Below, one piece after another: positions 40,131-52,461 of a stretch of DNA of 64,000 nt. Below the pieces are notes generated by a model. It was not told where the DNA came from, ran no database searches, and saw only the letters and a program-made list of their open reading frames with translations. The position numbers and the translations under genes were made by a program. Source of the DNA: Monocercomonoides exilis PA203 (lineage: Eukaryota > Protista > Preaxostyla); assembly GCA_001643675.2 (NCBI GenBank), contig LSRY02000004.1, forward strand, positions 992,001-1,056,000, given 5' to 3'. Positions within the stretch are counted from its first letter, which is position 1. Each line of letters begins with the position of its first letter.

Positions 40131-43128
40131 TTTTTCAATTGTTCCAAAACATTTCGTTGTGTTTCATGAATATTGTTCTCGATTGACATTTTTGTTTTAT
40201 TTTTAAATTTAACAAAACACTGATCCTGTAACCACAAAAAAAAAAAAAAAAAAAAGCTGTTTCAAGTTTTGCTCATTGAATCAAATTTTTGAAGCAAATA
40301 CGAAAAATAAATTTTTATCAAGAAGAAATGAAATATAATCGCATTTTCTATTATGCACATTTGTTGAAATCACATTTTTCTGTGCAAGATGATTTTTTTT
40401 CCTTTGTTATTTATTTCTCATTACATATGAGCACAATTATTAATATCAATAATTGCTCCGGTTGTAAGCAATTTTAAAAACATTATTGTATTAGAAATTA
40501 GTTTTTCCAACAAATATTTTAAGTTTCGTTGTTGTTGGAAAAAACAAATACTTAAAATAAATACGTGATAATTTTTTCTTTCAATATTGAAATATTTATT
40601 CTGATTGCGTTGAAAATATTCTAAAAAATTTTCCAACCTTGGGTCTTTTTTTAAAAAAAATTCATTTAGAAAATATTACAGGTGAAAATGAAGATTAAGT
40701 ATTTTAATCACATCCACATTCTAACTCACCAAAAATCATCAGCATAAATTCAAATACTTGACAATGTTGTTTAATCCAATCAGATGAATTTTTGTGAGTT
40801 GGAATAAAAATTTATAAATATTCTCAATTTTCATTTTCACCAATAATTTTTTCAAAGAGATTTTTTCTATTAAAGATGCAAATGTTTAATATTAATCAAA
40901 AATTTGATATTTCGAAAATGATCACTCAAATTATTTATAACTTATTTCAAAATTTCAAAAACAAAATACATGTTTCATTTTTATTTACAAATTTTTTGAT
41001 AAATATAATCAACAAACTTTCGTTTTTCACATGGGTGATAGTTTTTCTTATCGTAACTTTGTTCGAAGAATGATCTTTTTTTTCATAATTGTGGTATGAA
41101 ATGAAAAAGGCAAAAATACATGTTTATAAATGAATAGAAAAAGAATCTTGAGTGAATTTTTGAAAACCAAGTTGCCTTGAGAAAATACAAAAAAATTCCA
41201 TTATTACATTAATTTATTGAGTTATTATTAATATTTTATTTATTTGATATCACGACCTCCTACAAGTCCAGTTATTGATTATGAAAGAATATTATTTGTG
41301 TATGATAAAATGATATTACTTTTTTAATGATTCGAATTAACGATTATCTGAAAATAAATGATTGATTGATTTATAAAATTTAGAAGCGAAATAGTGAGGC
41401 TTATTATTTTGTGTTATATTTTTCAAAAAACTTTTTTTGATGCCATGAATGATTCATACTAAATTGTGAAGTTTGTGATGTCTAAGTTGAAATATTTTGT
41501 TTGCAATAATGAGATATACATATCCCAGATGAACTGGCTGACAAGAAAACAGATATTTTTTTTGAGACACAAGTGAAAAAAGAATGAGCGTGAATATCAA
41601 AAATAAATAGAGGTGTGGATAATTATTTTTTATTTCATTAATTTTTGTTAAAAAAAGATTTAATAAGGTGTTTAAAGTCAATCCGCATGCGTAATTTGAA
41701 AATAGACAGCTTTTGAAGCGAACCTGAAATGCTTGCAGAAGGCAGCAGATGAATTGCATGAAAAGGATTGAAGAAAAAAAATGAAAGAAATGAATAGAAA
41801 AGATTAAATTTGCAATGCTCATATCGCGAAACGAAAAGATGGAGTCGAAGTGATTGAAGTGAGAGAGCGAAATTGATGATAAGGCAGAAGGAGGAGTGCT
41901 GCGGAAGTTGAGAAGAAGAATGTAATTTTTCTGAACTTCAACGAAAAAAGAAAATTTGATGAAGAGAAATAAGATGAAAGAAAATTTGGGAAATGATTTT
42001 TTGAGAGATATATGAAGAAAAGTGGGAAAGGGGGAAGTGGACGAGATATAAAAGTGCGGAAGTTGATATGGAGTGCGTCTGTTAAGATGAAGGAGTAGCG
42101 GAAAAGACGATAACTATGAAAATAACGGCAACAACGACCTCGAAGAAGAAAAAGAGGAGGAGGATAAAGAAGAAGGAGAAAGTGTCAGCGCTTTTTGGCC
42201 TCTTTTTTTGCTTCTTTCAGTGACTCTGGTGGAGAAGCAAGTTTTTTCTGATGGGAGAATAGAAAAAGACCTGCCTTCAGAAAAGATCAGAGAAGCAGAT
42301 AAAACAAAGAACGATAGCAGTTTTATTCGGAAGTGCTCACACAATGTTGCACTTTCACTTCGCTTCCAACTCTTCAAGGCACCTGAAGGCACCTGAAGGA
42401 GAAGTGAATTTTCAAGGATAATTTAAGTTTCAGAGCAAAAACTATCTTCACAAAATGATGCATTTGAAGAAGCAGCAGCAAAAGAAGATGATGTTGGAAA
42501 AGCGAAACAAGCGTGTTGGACTCGAACATTGCAATAAGATTCATTGTTTCCATCACGAAAGAGAAGAATATTCTGCTTATTTGAACGTAGAAGAAAGCAA
42601 CAGCGAAACATCCAATTCTCATTCAGAATCTGCATTTTGTCGTAACATGTTAAAAGACTCTTGAACAAAAGATATGGTATATCAGCTATAGATCCATCTT
42701 GATTAGGTCAATCAATATTATCGATTTATGTGTATCTGATGGTTGTTATCATCTTGTATAATAAGTTGGAATAGGCAATGATAACAAGATGGAGATCGAG
42801 AGTTATTGCTAATATTCTTAGGGGTTTCTCATGATTAGATATTCAGTGATGTTCTATAAAGAAGGAGTTATTGATTGGTGTAATCGATGTGTATCTATAG
42901 CTGACATACCATATCTCCTAGGAGAAGAATTAGCTAAAGAATTAGCTGAAAGTGTTCAAGTTGGTGAATTAGTGGTGAAATTGTGTGAAAATTGGTGTTT
43001 TCGTTGATGAAATACATGTGTTGAACATGTGTTGAATGTGTTGATGTTACCGTTGGTGAAATCATCGGTATTATCGTTTGTGAAATCGTAAATAAAAATA
43101 ATTGATTTTGTTTTTTGTTTTATAGTAA

Positions 43129-43341
43129 ATGGGTCGGAAGAAGATATACGCAACTGTGGAAGAAGCGAAAGCGGCTCAACAGAAACAAATTAAACAGTTT
43201 CAGGAAAAACGTAAAGAAGAAACTAAGTGTTACAACGAACATGTATCTGAAAAACAGAAGAAGTTGATTAAGATATTGAGGAGAAAGCTTATCGAAAGTG
43301 ATGAGCTGTTAGATGAGTTGATGGAAAAAGTTAATGGGTAA
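43129..43341 (+). CDS. TIR-encoded small protein (70 aa)
   Basis: Three copies in the window, all with an intact ORF. Confidence 0.6.
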   Translation: MGRKKIYATVEEAKAAQQKQIKQFQEKRKEETKCYNEHVSEKQKKLIKILRRKLIESDELLDELMEKVNG

Positions 43342-43684
43342 GTTGAATGTGTTTATTTTTGGTTGATTTCGCAGTGAATTGTTTTGCCTGGACAGGTTAA
43401 GGTGGACAGGTGATGTGAGCGATGCTGCGGCGTGGAAATATTGGGTGAAATCTCCGTGCTGGAGAGAGGACAGGTGGACAGGACTGGACAGGATAAATTA
43501 TATTCTCCAAAATATGTGGACAAACGGGCAAACTGAGTAAAGTGGGCAAAATACATTTAATGTGAAAATTAACTGTTTCCCGTCAAAGTTCGACATCAAC
43601 CTCGACGTCATCTTCCCCGTAAATGCACGTTTCAAAAATAAATCTGTTTCAAAAAATCTTTGTTTTTTTTTTAATTTTTATAAA

Positions 43685-46046
43685 ATGACAAACCCCCAAA
43701 CAGACACTGGCAACGTGATCCAACAACTAATTGATTCAATTTCAACAGAACAGCAAACGCTGGGAGAACGAATGAAAGATCACCTTGTTGACTTGTTCGA
43801 CTACAAGAAATACTCTGACAAGAAGCAGGGCCAACGACACACTGGAAAAGCTGTCGATATCAGCAAATGTGAGGATTTTTGTGTCGTTGATGTTGATTTT
43901 AACAAATCCCTTCAAGCTGAACAAACGAAAACCATCAGGAATTCCATTCTCGAGTAACCCCCCCCCCCCCCCCCCCCCCCCCCGAAACGTCGGACTTGTA
44001 CAAACAGATCATGGTGGTTTTCACATTTATTGTGAGCTGTGTGGTTATCCCCTTAAATGTTTGTCACAAACCAAAGTGTTCACGAGTCCAGAGTACGATA
44101 TCGACATTTTTGCAGGCATTGGAGATCGAAAACAGAGGCTTGAAGTTCAAGCTGACTTTTCATACAGAGAGATGAAAGATGGCAAGAGAATCATCACCAA
44201 ATACATTCCCCTCAACAATTACAGACAGCTAACAGATCTTTCATCACTCGAGAGTGTTCTTGACGTTTTCGGTATTGATCTCAAAACAGAGAATACATCA
44301 GCGACAATGGCAGCTGAACCACACAATCTTCTCACACAAGATGGTGTCGTTGATTTGTCTCCAACTGTCGCTCTTGCTCTTGTTGATGGACTCAAAGATG
44401 TTGAAATACATAACGATACAGGTTCTCTGTCACTTGATTCTGAGTTAACTCTTTTACCGTTATTTGCAGCTCTCAACTCTCTCGTCAACATAAACGGTTT
44501 CGACGACCAATCGATAGATTTTCTTTACAATCAAATCAGAAAGACAGCTGCTCTAACAGCAAATGCAATCACTCACTTTGAAGAAAAACGAAACAGATAC
44601 AGAGATGACAAGTCACATCTATTTGTTCTACAAAAGATTGTCAAGAGATGGAATCCATCATTTTACAACGATGTGATCATTCCACTCCTCAGAAAAGAGA
44701 ATGAGCAAAAGGAAGAACCTCCACGAGAGATAACTGTTCATGAAATTGATCTCAACTCATCGTTCTCGTTCTCTGAAATCAGGGATAAAGCTTGTCGAAA
44801 ACAATACTCCTCACTGTCTGAAGTCGCCGAAGATCTCATAAAAGTTCTGAGGTTTGTTGAAGCAAGGATGGAATTTATTGTAAAAGAGTTTGACATTCAC
44901 TCCTCTTGTTATTCAATAACATTCAAGACAAAATCAGCAATGTACGAACTGTTCAAAACAATAAAACTGTGGCATGATGACAAAAAGACTCTCACAGTTG
45001 AGACAGCTTTCGAACAATACTCTCATGTTCTGTCGATCGATGGAGTGAAGTTCTTCTCAGATAACCCTCAAATATTCTCCCTGTTCCATGGGTTCAAATA
45101 CCAAATGGTAAACGAACAAAATGACGAAATCATCAAACCATTCCTCGATTTCACACGAGAAGTTATCGCCAATGACAACGATGAACTCTATCAATACATC
45201 CTCTGTTGGATTGCGTCAATTGTTCAAAATCCTGGTAAAAAAGCAGAAACATCACTTGTTCTCAAAGGTTTGCAAGGTATTGGAAAGAATGTCTGGACAA
45301 ATGAACTTGCTGAACTATTGGCAGGATATTCATGTTCAAATGTCACAGAGATTGCAGAACTGACAGGACAGTTCAACTCCATCGTCGAAGGGAAAATGCT
45401 CATTGTACTTAACGAATTGAAGAATGTTGGAGATGATCGAACAGCTAACTTCGATGCCTTGAAGAGTATAATCACAGATTCAACAATCAGAATCAATGAG
45501 AAGAATCAGCCAAGAAGAACAGCTGAGAATGTAGCTAATTTCATATTTGTGACAAATCACACATACCCGGTAAAGATTGAGATTGGTGACAGCAGATATG
45601 TTGTTTGTGATTGTGACTCAAAATATAAGAACAATCTCACATTCTACAAGGATTTCACTAACTCTTTCGATAATGAATTCTAAGAACAACTTCTCTGTTA
45701 TTTCATCAGCAAAGATCTCACCAATTTCAACACTAGAGCTTTTCCAACAACGGAAGCAAAGGAAGATATCATTGCAGCATCACTCTCTGTCATCGATGTA
45801 TTCTGTCAGGAGCATTACAACAAACTCAAAGAAGTGCGGGGATGTTCTGAAGCACTATGTTTCAGACCAGTTGAATACAAGAACGATCGCTCATTCCAAC
45901 TAGCAATTAAAGACAGATGTGAGAGAACACGAGTAGGTGGAAGAGGAAATCAAGTGTGGTGTTATAAACTCAAGCCAGAGTATGAACAACTCCTCAAACG
46001 ACGTGAAGATGAAGATGACATTGATTGTTCTGCGGAAATTAACTAA
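43685..46046 (+). pseudogene. AEP primase-polymerase fused to a D5-like superfamily-3 helicase; disrupted at 43955-43983 (TAA plus C26) and 45681 (TAA)
   Basis: Prim-pol motifs VVDVD and QTDHGGFHIY. SF3 Walker A LKGLQGIGKN, Walker B LIVLNE and motif C FIFVTN. The C-terminal ORF 45834-46046 is in the same frame. Confidence 0.85.
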
Positions 46047-46246
46047 ACACATTCGTTTATTTGGAATCATAAATACACAAACGATACAACTTGTGTGCCA
46101 CTGACGATTCCATGTGGCAATGTGGCAAAATGATGATACAGTCGAAAATAAATAAAAACCCTCAAAATCATGACAAATTAGGGGTAAAATGCTCATGTTG
46201 GCAGAAATAGCATGTTGGCAGCTCTTTTCAGATGAAATTAAAAGAT

Positions 46247-46278
46247 CCGGACTACCGGACTACCGGACTACCGGACTA
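46247..46278. repeat. (CCGGACTA)x4 iteron-like tandem repeat
   Basis: Directly visible, GC-rich, adjacent to the 30-bp inner inverted repeat. Confidence 0.9.
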
Positions 46279-46570
46279 CGCTTCCAGCACGGAGATTTTA
46301 CCCAATATTTCCCTTCCCCAAGCATCTCGATACTGCCACAATTTGGTATCCGGTCTGCCGGTTGACACTTTTTCAAGCTAAATACACCAAAATAAACCAC
46401 AAATCAAGTGAAAAACATCGATGTGGCAATCCACCATAATGCCATTTGTTCAAAAAATATAGGTGTTGACAATCAACTATAATGTTATCTTGACTACTGT
46501 TTGATACAATCTACGATACAACGAACGTGTGTAGTCTGTTATATTTCGTCAATTAACACATTTTACTCAA

Positions 46571-46801
46571 TCATCCCGGTGCAGGCAAATAACCATTAAC
46601 TTTTTCCATCAACTCATCTAACAGCTCATCACTTTCGATAAGCTTTCTCCTCAATATCTTAATCAACTTCTTCTGTTTTTCAGATACATGTTCGTTGTAA
46701 CACTTAGTTTCTTCTTTACGTTTTTCCTGAAACTGTTTAATTTGTTTCTGTTGAGCCGCTTTCGCTTCTTCCACAGTTGCGTATATCTTCTTCCGACCCA
46801 T
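46571..46801 (-). CDS. TIR-encoded small protein, right-TIR copy (76 aa, different C-terminus)
   Basis: Same as 43129-43341 but reads past the TIR boundary (..VNGYLPAPG). Confidence 0.6.
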   Translation of the reverse strand: MGRKKIYATVEEAKAAQQKQIKQFQEKRKEETKCYNEHVSEKQKKLIKILRRKLIESDELLDELMEKVNGYLPAPG

Positions 46802-49155
46802 TTACTATAAAACAAAAAACAAAATCAATTATTTTTATTTACGATTTCACAAACGATAATACCGATGATTTCACCAACGGTAACATCAACACATTCAACA
46901 CATGTTCAACACATGTATTTCATCAACGAAAACACCAATTTTCACACAATTTCACCACTAATTCACCAACTTGAACACTTTCAGCTAATTCTTTAGCTAA
47001 TTCTTCTCCTAGGAGATATGGTATGTCAGCTATAGATACACATCGATTACACCAATCAATAACTCCTTCTTTATAGAACATCACTGAATATCTAATCATG
47101 AGAAACCCCTAAGAATATTAGCAATAACTCTCGATCTCCATCTTGTTATCATTGCCTATTCCAACTTATTATACAAGATGATAACAACCATCAGATACAC
47201 ATAAATCGATAATATTGATTGACCTAATCAAGATGGATTTAGAGCTGATATACCATATATATTGAACATCCTGCTCCAACGACTTGCTTTTAACTCATAT
47301 TTCTTCTTCTTTTCATTCTTCTTCCTCTTGTTCTCCTTTTTCACAACATACAAATTCACATTAGTATCTGCATCAGCACGCCCAGTTCTTCAAGACACAC
47401 TCGAAGACAACTGATCTGTGGGGAAACAGCAGACACTGTCGTAGACTGTTCATCAACAACCCTTCATCCTGCAGAACTTTCTGTTCCACGACCACCTTCC
47501 TGTTTCTGAACTGCAAGCAGTTGGAAGAGTTGAATGGAAGCCCAATTTTGAAGTTTGAAAGGAGGAATGCGATTGGAAGGGAGAGCAAAGGCTGTGGTTG
47601 ATGCCATCATGATGACGACAACAATGCTGATCATAGTGAAGAGTTGGACGGAATAAAAGAAATGGATATTTCATACAATGATAATGAGAGATTAGAAGAT
47701 GCTGACGCGCTTCGTGAAGATGATGATGAATCTGGTGATCTGCATCTACCTCCGTCTGGATAGCAAACACGCTATCCGCACAAACAAAAAAATATAGCCG
47801 CTCAAGTCTTCGTCGTTATCAACAACACTATAGCTGTCACCATCACAACCATAACCGAGTAAATTCATCTGCCTCTTTATCCTTCAATCTCTTCCAGCTC
47901 ATCTTCCACTCTTTCTGCAGGAAACAGGAGCACCATCCCCGCACTCATTGCAGCATGCATCTTTAGGATCCCTTTTTGTAAGGACATACGGGTTAACCAT
48001 GCACAGTGACTGTCAAAAGCATCTTTTGCAGCAGCAGAAGAGTTCAGAAGCTGAGGAGAGAAGGAGACAATTTGCAATTCAGTTGATCCAGAAGCTAATG
48101 TTTGTGCCTCGTGCGGACGAGGGATTGGCTGCTGAGGAAGGGCTGGCTGTGGAAGACCAGATAACTGGGCAGTCAGCACAGCAGCAGCAGAACAGGATGT
48201 CGTAGATGCAGCAAAAGAGTGTGCCTAACCAGAGTGAGCAGTTTTCACTGTGCGAATACAACATTGATGACAGTCTGGTTCAAATAAGCGAAGAAGAGGC
48301 TGTGGGACTGCAAAATGGAAGCATTCAGCAGAAGATTGACGCAATGAAAAAGCATCCACTCAACAAAAACACAGAAGTCAATCCTTCGCAGTTCATGTTC
48401 CATATTTACGAACAGCCGGCGAATCTCCTACTTCATTTGCTGTGTGCGAGCTGTTTGACTAAAAAAGAAAAAGATGAAGAAGAAAATGATGGGGAGGATG
48501 AAGAAGCAAACGATGATTATGAAGAGGAATTGAAAGAAAAAGAGAAAGATGGTTCAAAGAAAATTAATGGTAAAACAACGAAATCTGCACAAAAGAGGAG
48601 ACATGAAGAAAAAAAATACTATATGGTCCATTTCCTCTCACAACGATAGTGATAATGAATCAGAACTCAGCTTTGGATCAGTCAAGATCAAAAATGGAGA
48701 AAACGGTAGCAACAACAACCAAAACTTCTTAAGAACAACGAAGACGAAGCAGAAGATGAGCAGACAGCCATTGTCATCCGTACTTCGTTTGTCTCACTGC
48801 TGCTTTCATTTCATTCTCTTTTTTGTTTTTTTCGCTTCCATATTTCATCCATTTTCTTTTTGCTTCTTCCTGTTCTGTTCGACCAGGGGTATGCTCTTCT
48901 GTCACAACTGCTGGTCTCTTTTGTGCAGCTGAAGGAGTTAATCTGCCTCCTCAGTCATGTCGATTCAGCTGACGCGCTCTAAAAGTTTCTCTCTCCAAGC
49001 GAACACGTTGTGCTTGCTCTGCTGAAGAGGCTGGTATCATCATTGGTTGATGAAGAATAAGAGGAGAAGAGGAGAGTGAGGGCAGATGAGTTCGCAGATA
49101 AGGATAGAGTTGAGAAGGAGAAGGAGAAGGAGGAGGATTAAAAATAGGAAGAAAA

Positions 49156-49834
49156 GAAGAAGAAGAAGAAGAAGAAGAAAATGATGATGATAACGAAGAT
49201 GATGATGAAGTGAAAGTTGAAAGAGTTTTCCTTCTTTCATTTCTGAGAGCAGAATAATATGTCTTGTGAGTTGATGTATTGCCTGATGGATATCTTCTTT
49301 TATCATCTTCATACCCATCATTATCATAATCATCTCCTTTTTCATTTAAACCTTCTTTTTAATCTTGACATCTTTTTTTTTTTTTGCTTTCACCTCTGCC
49401 TCTCTTTTCATCTCCTTTTTCTCTCTCTTTTCTCTTCCTTCAGCTCTTCTATCATCATTTTCACACAACTTTCATTTGAAAATTGGACAAGCGGTTTCAA
49501 GGCAGGCGAGTTGAGGAATTTCCTGCAGCAGATTAGATGGAGCGATGGAGAAGGCGAAGAAAAGAGAGAGAAAAAGGAGATGAAAAGAGAGGCAGAGGTG
49601 AAAGCAAAAAAAAAAAAAAGATGTCAAGATTAAAAAGAAGGTTTAAATGAAAAAGGAGATGATTATGATAATGATGGGTATGAAGATGATAAAAGAAGAT
49701 ATCCATCAGGCAATACATCAACTCACAAGACATATTATTCTGCTCTCAGAAATGAAAGAAGGAAAACTCTTTCAACTTTCACTTCATCATCATCTTCGTT
49801 ATCATCATCATTTTCTTCTTCTTCTTCTTCTTCT
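49156..49834. repeat. Inverted duplication, ~285-bp arms with ~110-bp spacer
   Basis: 49156-~49441 is the reverse complement of ~49550-49834; mirrored ORFs appear in the track. Confidence 0.9.
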
Positions 49835-51804
49835 TTCTTGCCTTTACAGCGCAATCAGACCAAGCTGTTTTCTCTGTGCTCTTTTCCTGCTCTGCTTCTG
49901 TCCATTTTCTCTTGATGTGTAGCAGAAAAAGCAGCAGCGCTTATCCCCTTGTCTTCTGTTATTCATCGTCTGTCTGTGCGGCAGAAGATTTCTTTGTCTT
50001 CTTCTTTTTCACTCTTCCACTACGCAGCTTCTTTGTGGATAAGGCTCATTCATTACGACCTGCCTCTGTCTCCGATATTCGGAAAGAAAAAAGAGGAAGC
50101 TTTGTTCATCTTCAAATATTCCTCTAATTTCAATCGTCAATTTGCATTTCTTCAATAATATTCATCCAATTTTCTTTTTCACTTCAGTTTCAATTTATAA
50201 CTTCATATTCTGCATTTTAAACAATATTGTTTCGCTTTATCAATTATTTGAAGGATATCTTCTTCAACTTAATCATTTATTTTTCGCTGTCTCATCTGCA
50301 ATGTTGATTTATTCTTTTCGAAATCCAATATTTATTTTGTAAATCACATCTTTTCCATTCGCATCTAATATTTCCTTTGGCTCTTTCCTCTATTTGTCAT
50401 TTTCTTTTCATCATCAACCTTCTTCCATAACCCTTCTCAAAAGCCGTATTTCCTCATCTCATATGTTCGAATAGGCTGAGAACATTTGCAAAAAGATCCT
50501 GATGTTATGAAAATTAAAATGATTGAAAAACAAAAATACACACCTCTAATTATTATTTCCCTTGGAAATATTTATTCTTCTTTCGCTGATTTTTCTGGAA
50601 AATTACGATACTTCGAATAGATAAGTTTTTAACTTCACTTTCTCTTTATGTATCATTTGCAATGCCAGTAATTCCCAAGAACTACAAAAATCGCTCAAAA
50701 TCGAATATTCCTATTTTATAACATTAATGATATTGTATAAAAAAAAACACAAAATAATAAGCCTCACTATTTCGCTTCTAAATTTTATAAATCAATCAAT
50801 CATTTATTTTCAGATAATCGTTAATTCGAATCATTAAAAAAGTAATATCATTTTATCATACACAAATAATATTCTTTCATAATCAATAACTGGACTTGTA
50901 GGAGGTCGTGATATCAAATAAATAAAATATTAATAATAACTCAATAAATTAATGTAATAATGGAATTTTTTTGTATTTTCTCAAGGCAACTTGGTTTTCA
51001 AAAATTCACTCAAGATTCTTTTTCTATTCATTTATAAACATGTATTTTTGCCTTTTTCATTTCATACCACAATTATGAAAAAAAAGATCATTCTTCGAAC
51101 AAAGTTACGATATGAAAAATAATCGCCAATATTGTTTTTCATCAATTACCATTCGAACACACAATTTATCTATCTTCACATTAAAAACAATATACATAAA
51201 GTTATATCCATAAATTGATCAATAAATTATAGGTTTATCAAACTGAAATCACAGATATTGCATAAAATATCGGACATCGCACAAAATACCGGACAAGATC
51301 GTTTTCTCAATAACAAGTCAAAGAGAAAATCAGATTATATTCCTCAAAAGATATCTAAACAATACAAACTCATTTGGCATAACAGACTTTCATTATCGTG
51401 CAGACTGAATAGTTAAGAAATAATTTTCGAAATCTCGTAAAAAAACTCGAACCTGCTTCTTTTTGATTTTGAAGATAATTTTTTTTGAAAAATACTCTAT
51501 CAACAGAAAAATGCAAGTCTGATATACCAAATGGGGGAAAATACAGACTTTCAAGCATTCTTTGCACAAGGCATTGAAAAATTGCTTCACTCATAACTTT
51601 ATTTCACTTTCTCAGATTTCAAAACAAATTCGATTTTCATATCCGAAAACAGGCATCGTTAAAATCAATACATAAAATTTTCCAACATTTCACGAATGTC
51701 ATAAAATGGACCCATCTTTAATGTGTTTTTTGACCTAAAAAGTCACGAAAAGTGCATGATTTTTGCAATGAAAATGCCTGAAGTCAAATATTTTTTCACA
51801 TATA

Positions 51805-52043
51805 TGTATATTTTTTGAAAACTTCATTTTGTTTAATTTCCAAATAAAATTTAAATTTCAAATTTTCAACAATTTTCTGTTCCCACTCACGAAACTTCAT
51901 AAAAATGGAAACAAAACCAAAACAATGATATTATTTCCATTATTGTGAAGTTTCATGAGAGAGAACAGAAAATTGATTGAAATCTGACATTTTCATTTTA
52001 TCTGAAAATTAAACAAAAGGAACTTTTCAAAAAAATTTTGACA
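51805..52043. mobile_element. Fold-back MITE family B copy
   Basis: Similar to 36191-36432. Confidence 0.65.
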
Positions 52044-52461
52044 TGTATTTGAAAAATCTTCATTAAAACGCATTTTTCACTTGCGAAATTAATTTTTTTC
52101 GTTAATACACATTATTTTAACTTTTTTGAGCACATATTTGAAAAAGCGAAAAATAGAAATTTTAGATCAAAAAATCGAGTTTTGAATGAAAAAATAACCC
52201 ATAATAATATAAAATGTGATTATATATATTTAGCCCTGTGATTATATGCGATGAAAAATGAATGAAAAATAGGCCAAAAATGTCGATGCATCGAAAAATG
52301 TGACAATATACGAATGTGATTAAATTCGACGTGATTATGTCCTGTTTTGACTGTATTTAATATTATTATTAAAGTCACTAGTTATATTATTTCAGCACTA
52401 ATGGATTATTAAAATTAATATATAAATAAATTGGATTTAAGATCATTACCATAATTAAAAA

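Larger units (their letters stand above)
42667..47261 (+). mobile_element. Structurally complete 4.6-kb long-TIR element encoding a primase-helicase (mini-Polinton/transpoviron-like)
   Basis: TIRs 42667-43337 and 46593-47261. TSD ttgaac(a) at 42661 and 47262. Single central gene. Confidence 0.9.
41033..51128. mobile_element. 10.1-kb non-autonomous Sola2-type pack element with ~385-bp TIRs
   Basis: Near-identical inverted repeat 41033-~41415 / ~50745-51128. Terminus gggtgat is shared with the MITEs. 4-bp flanks acat/atat (one mismatch). Interior holds degraded host-like sequence plus the primase element. Confidence 0.75.

Noticed and set aside
46247-46278. Possible CRISPR or telomeric repeat
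   Set aside because: No spacers, only four 8-mers, internal to a eukaryotic mobile element.
42667-47261. Bacterial prophage or contaminant
   Set aside because: Flanked by a TSD within eukaryotic repeat context, a second nested copy exists, and there are no phage structural genes.
47270-48930. Host-like ORF fragments in the pack-element cargo
   Set aside because: Too many stops and no family motif recognised; left unnamed.
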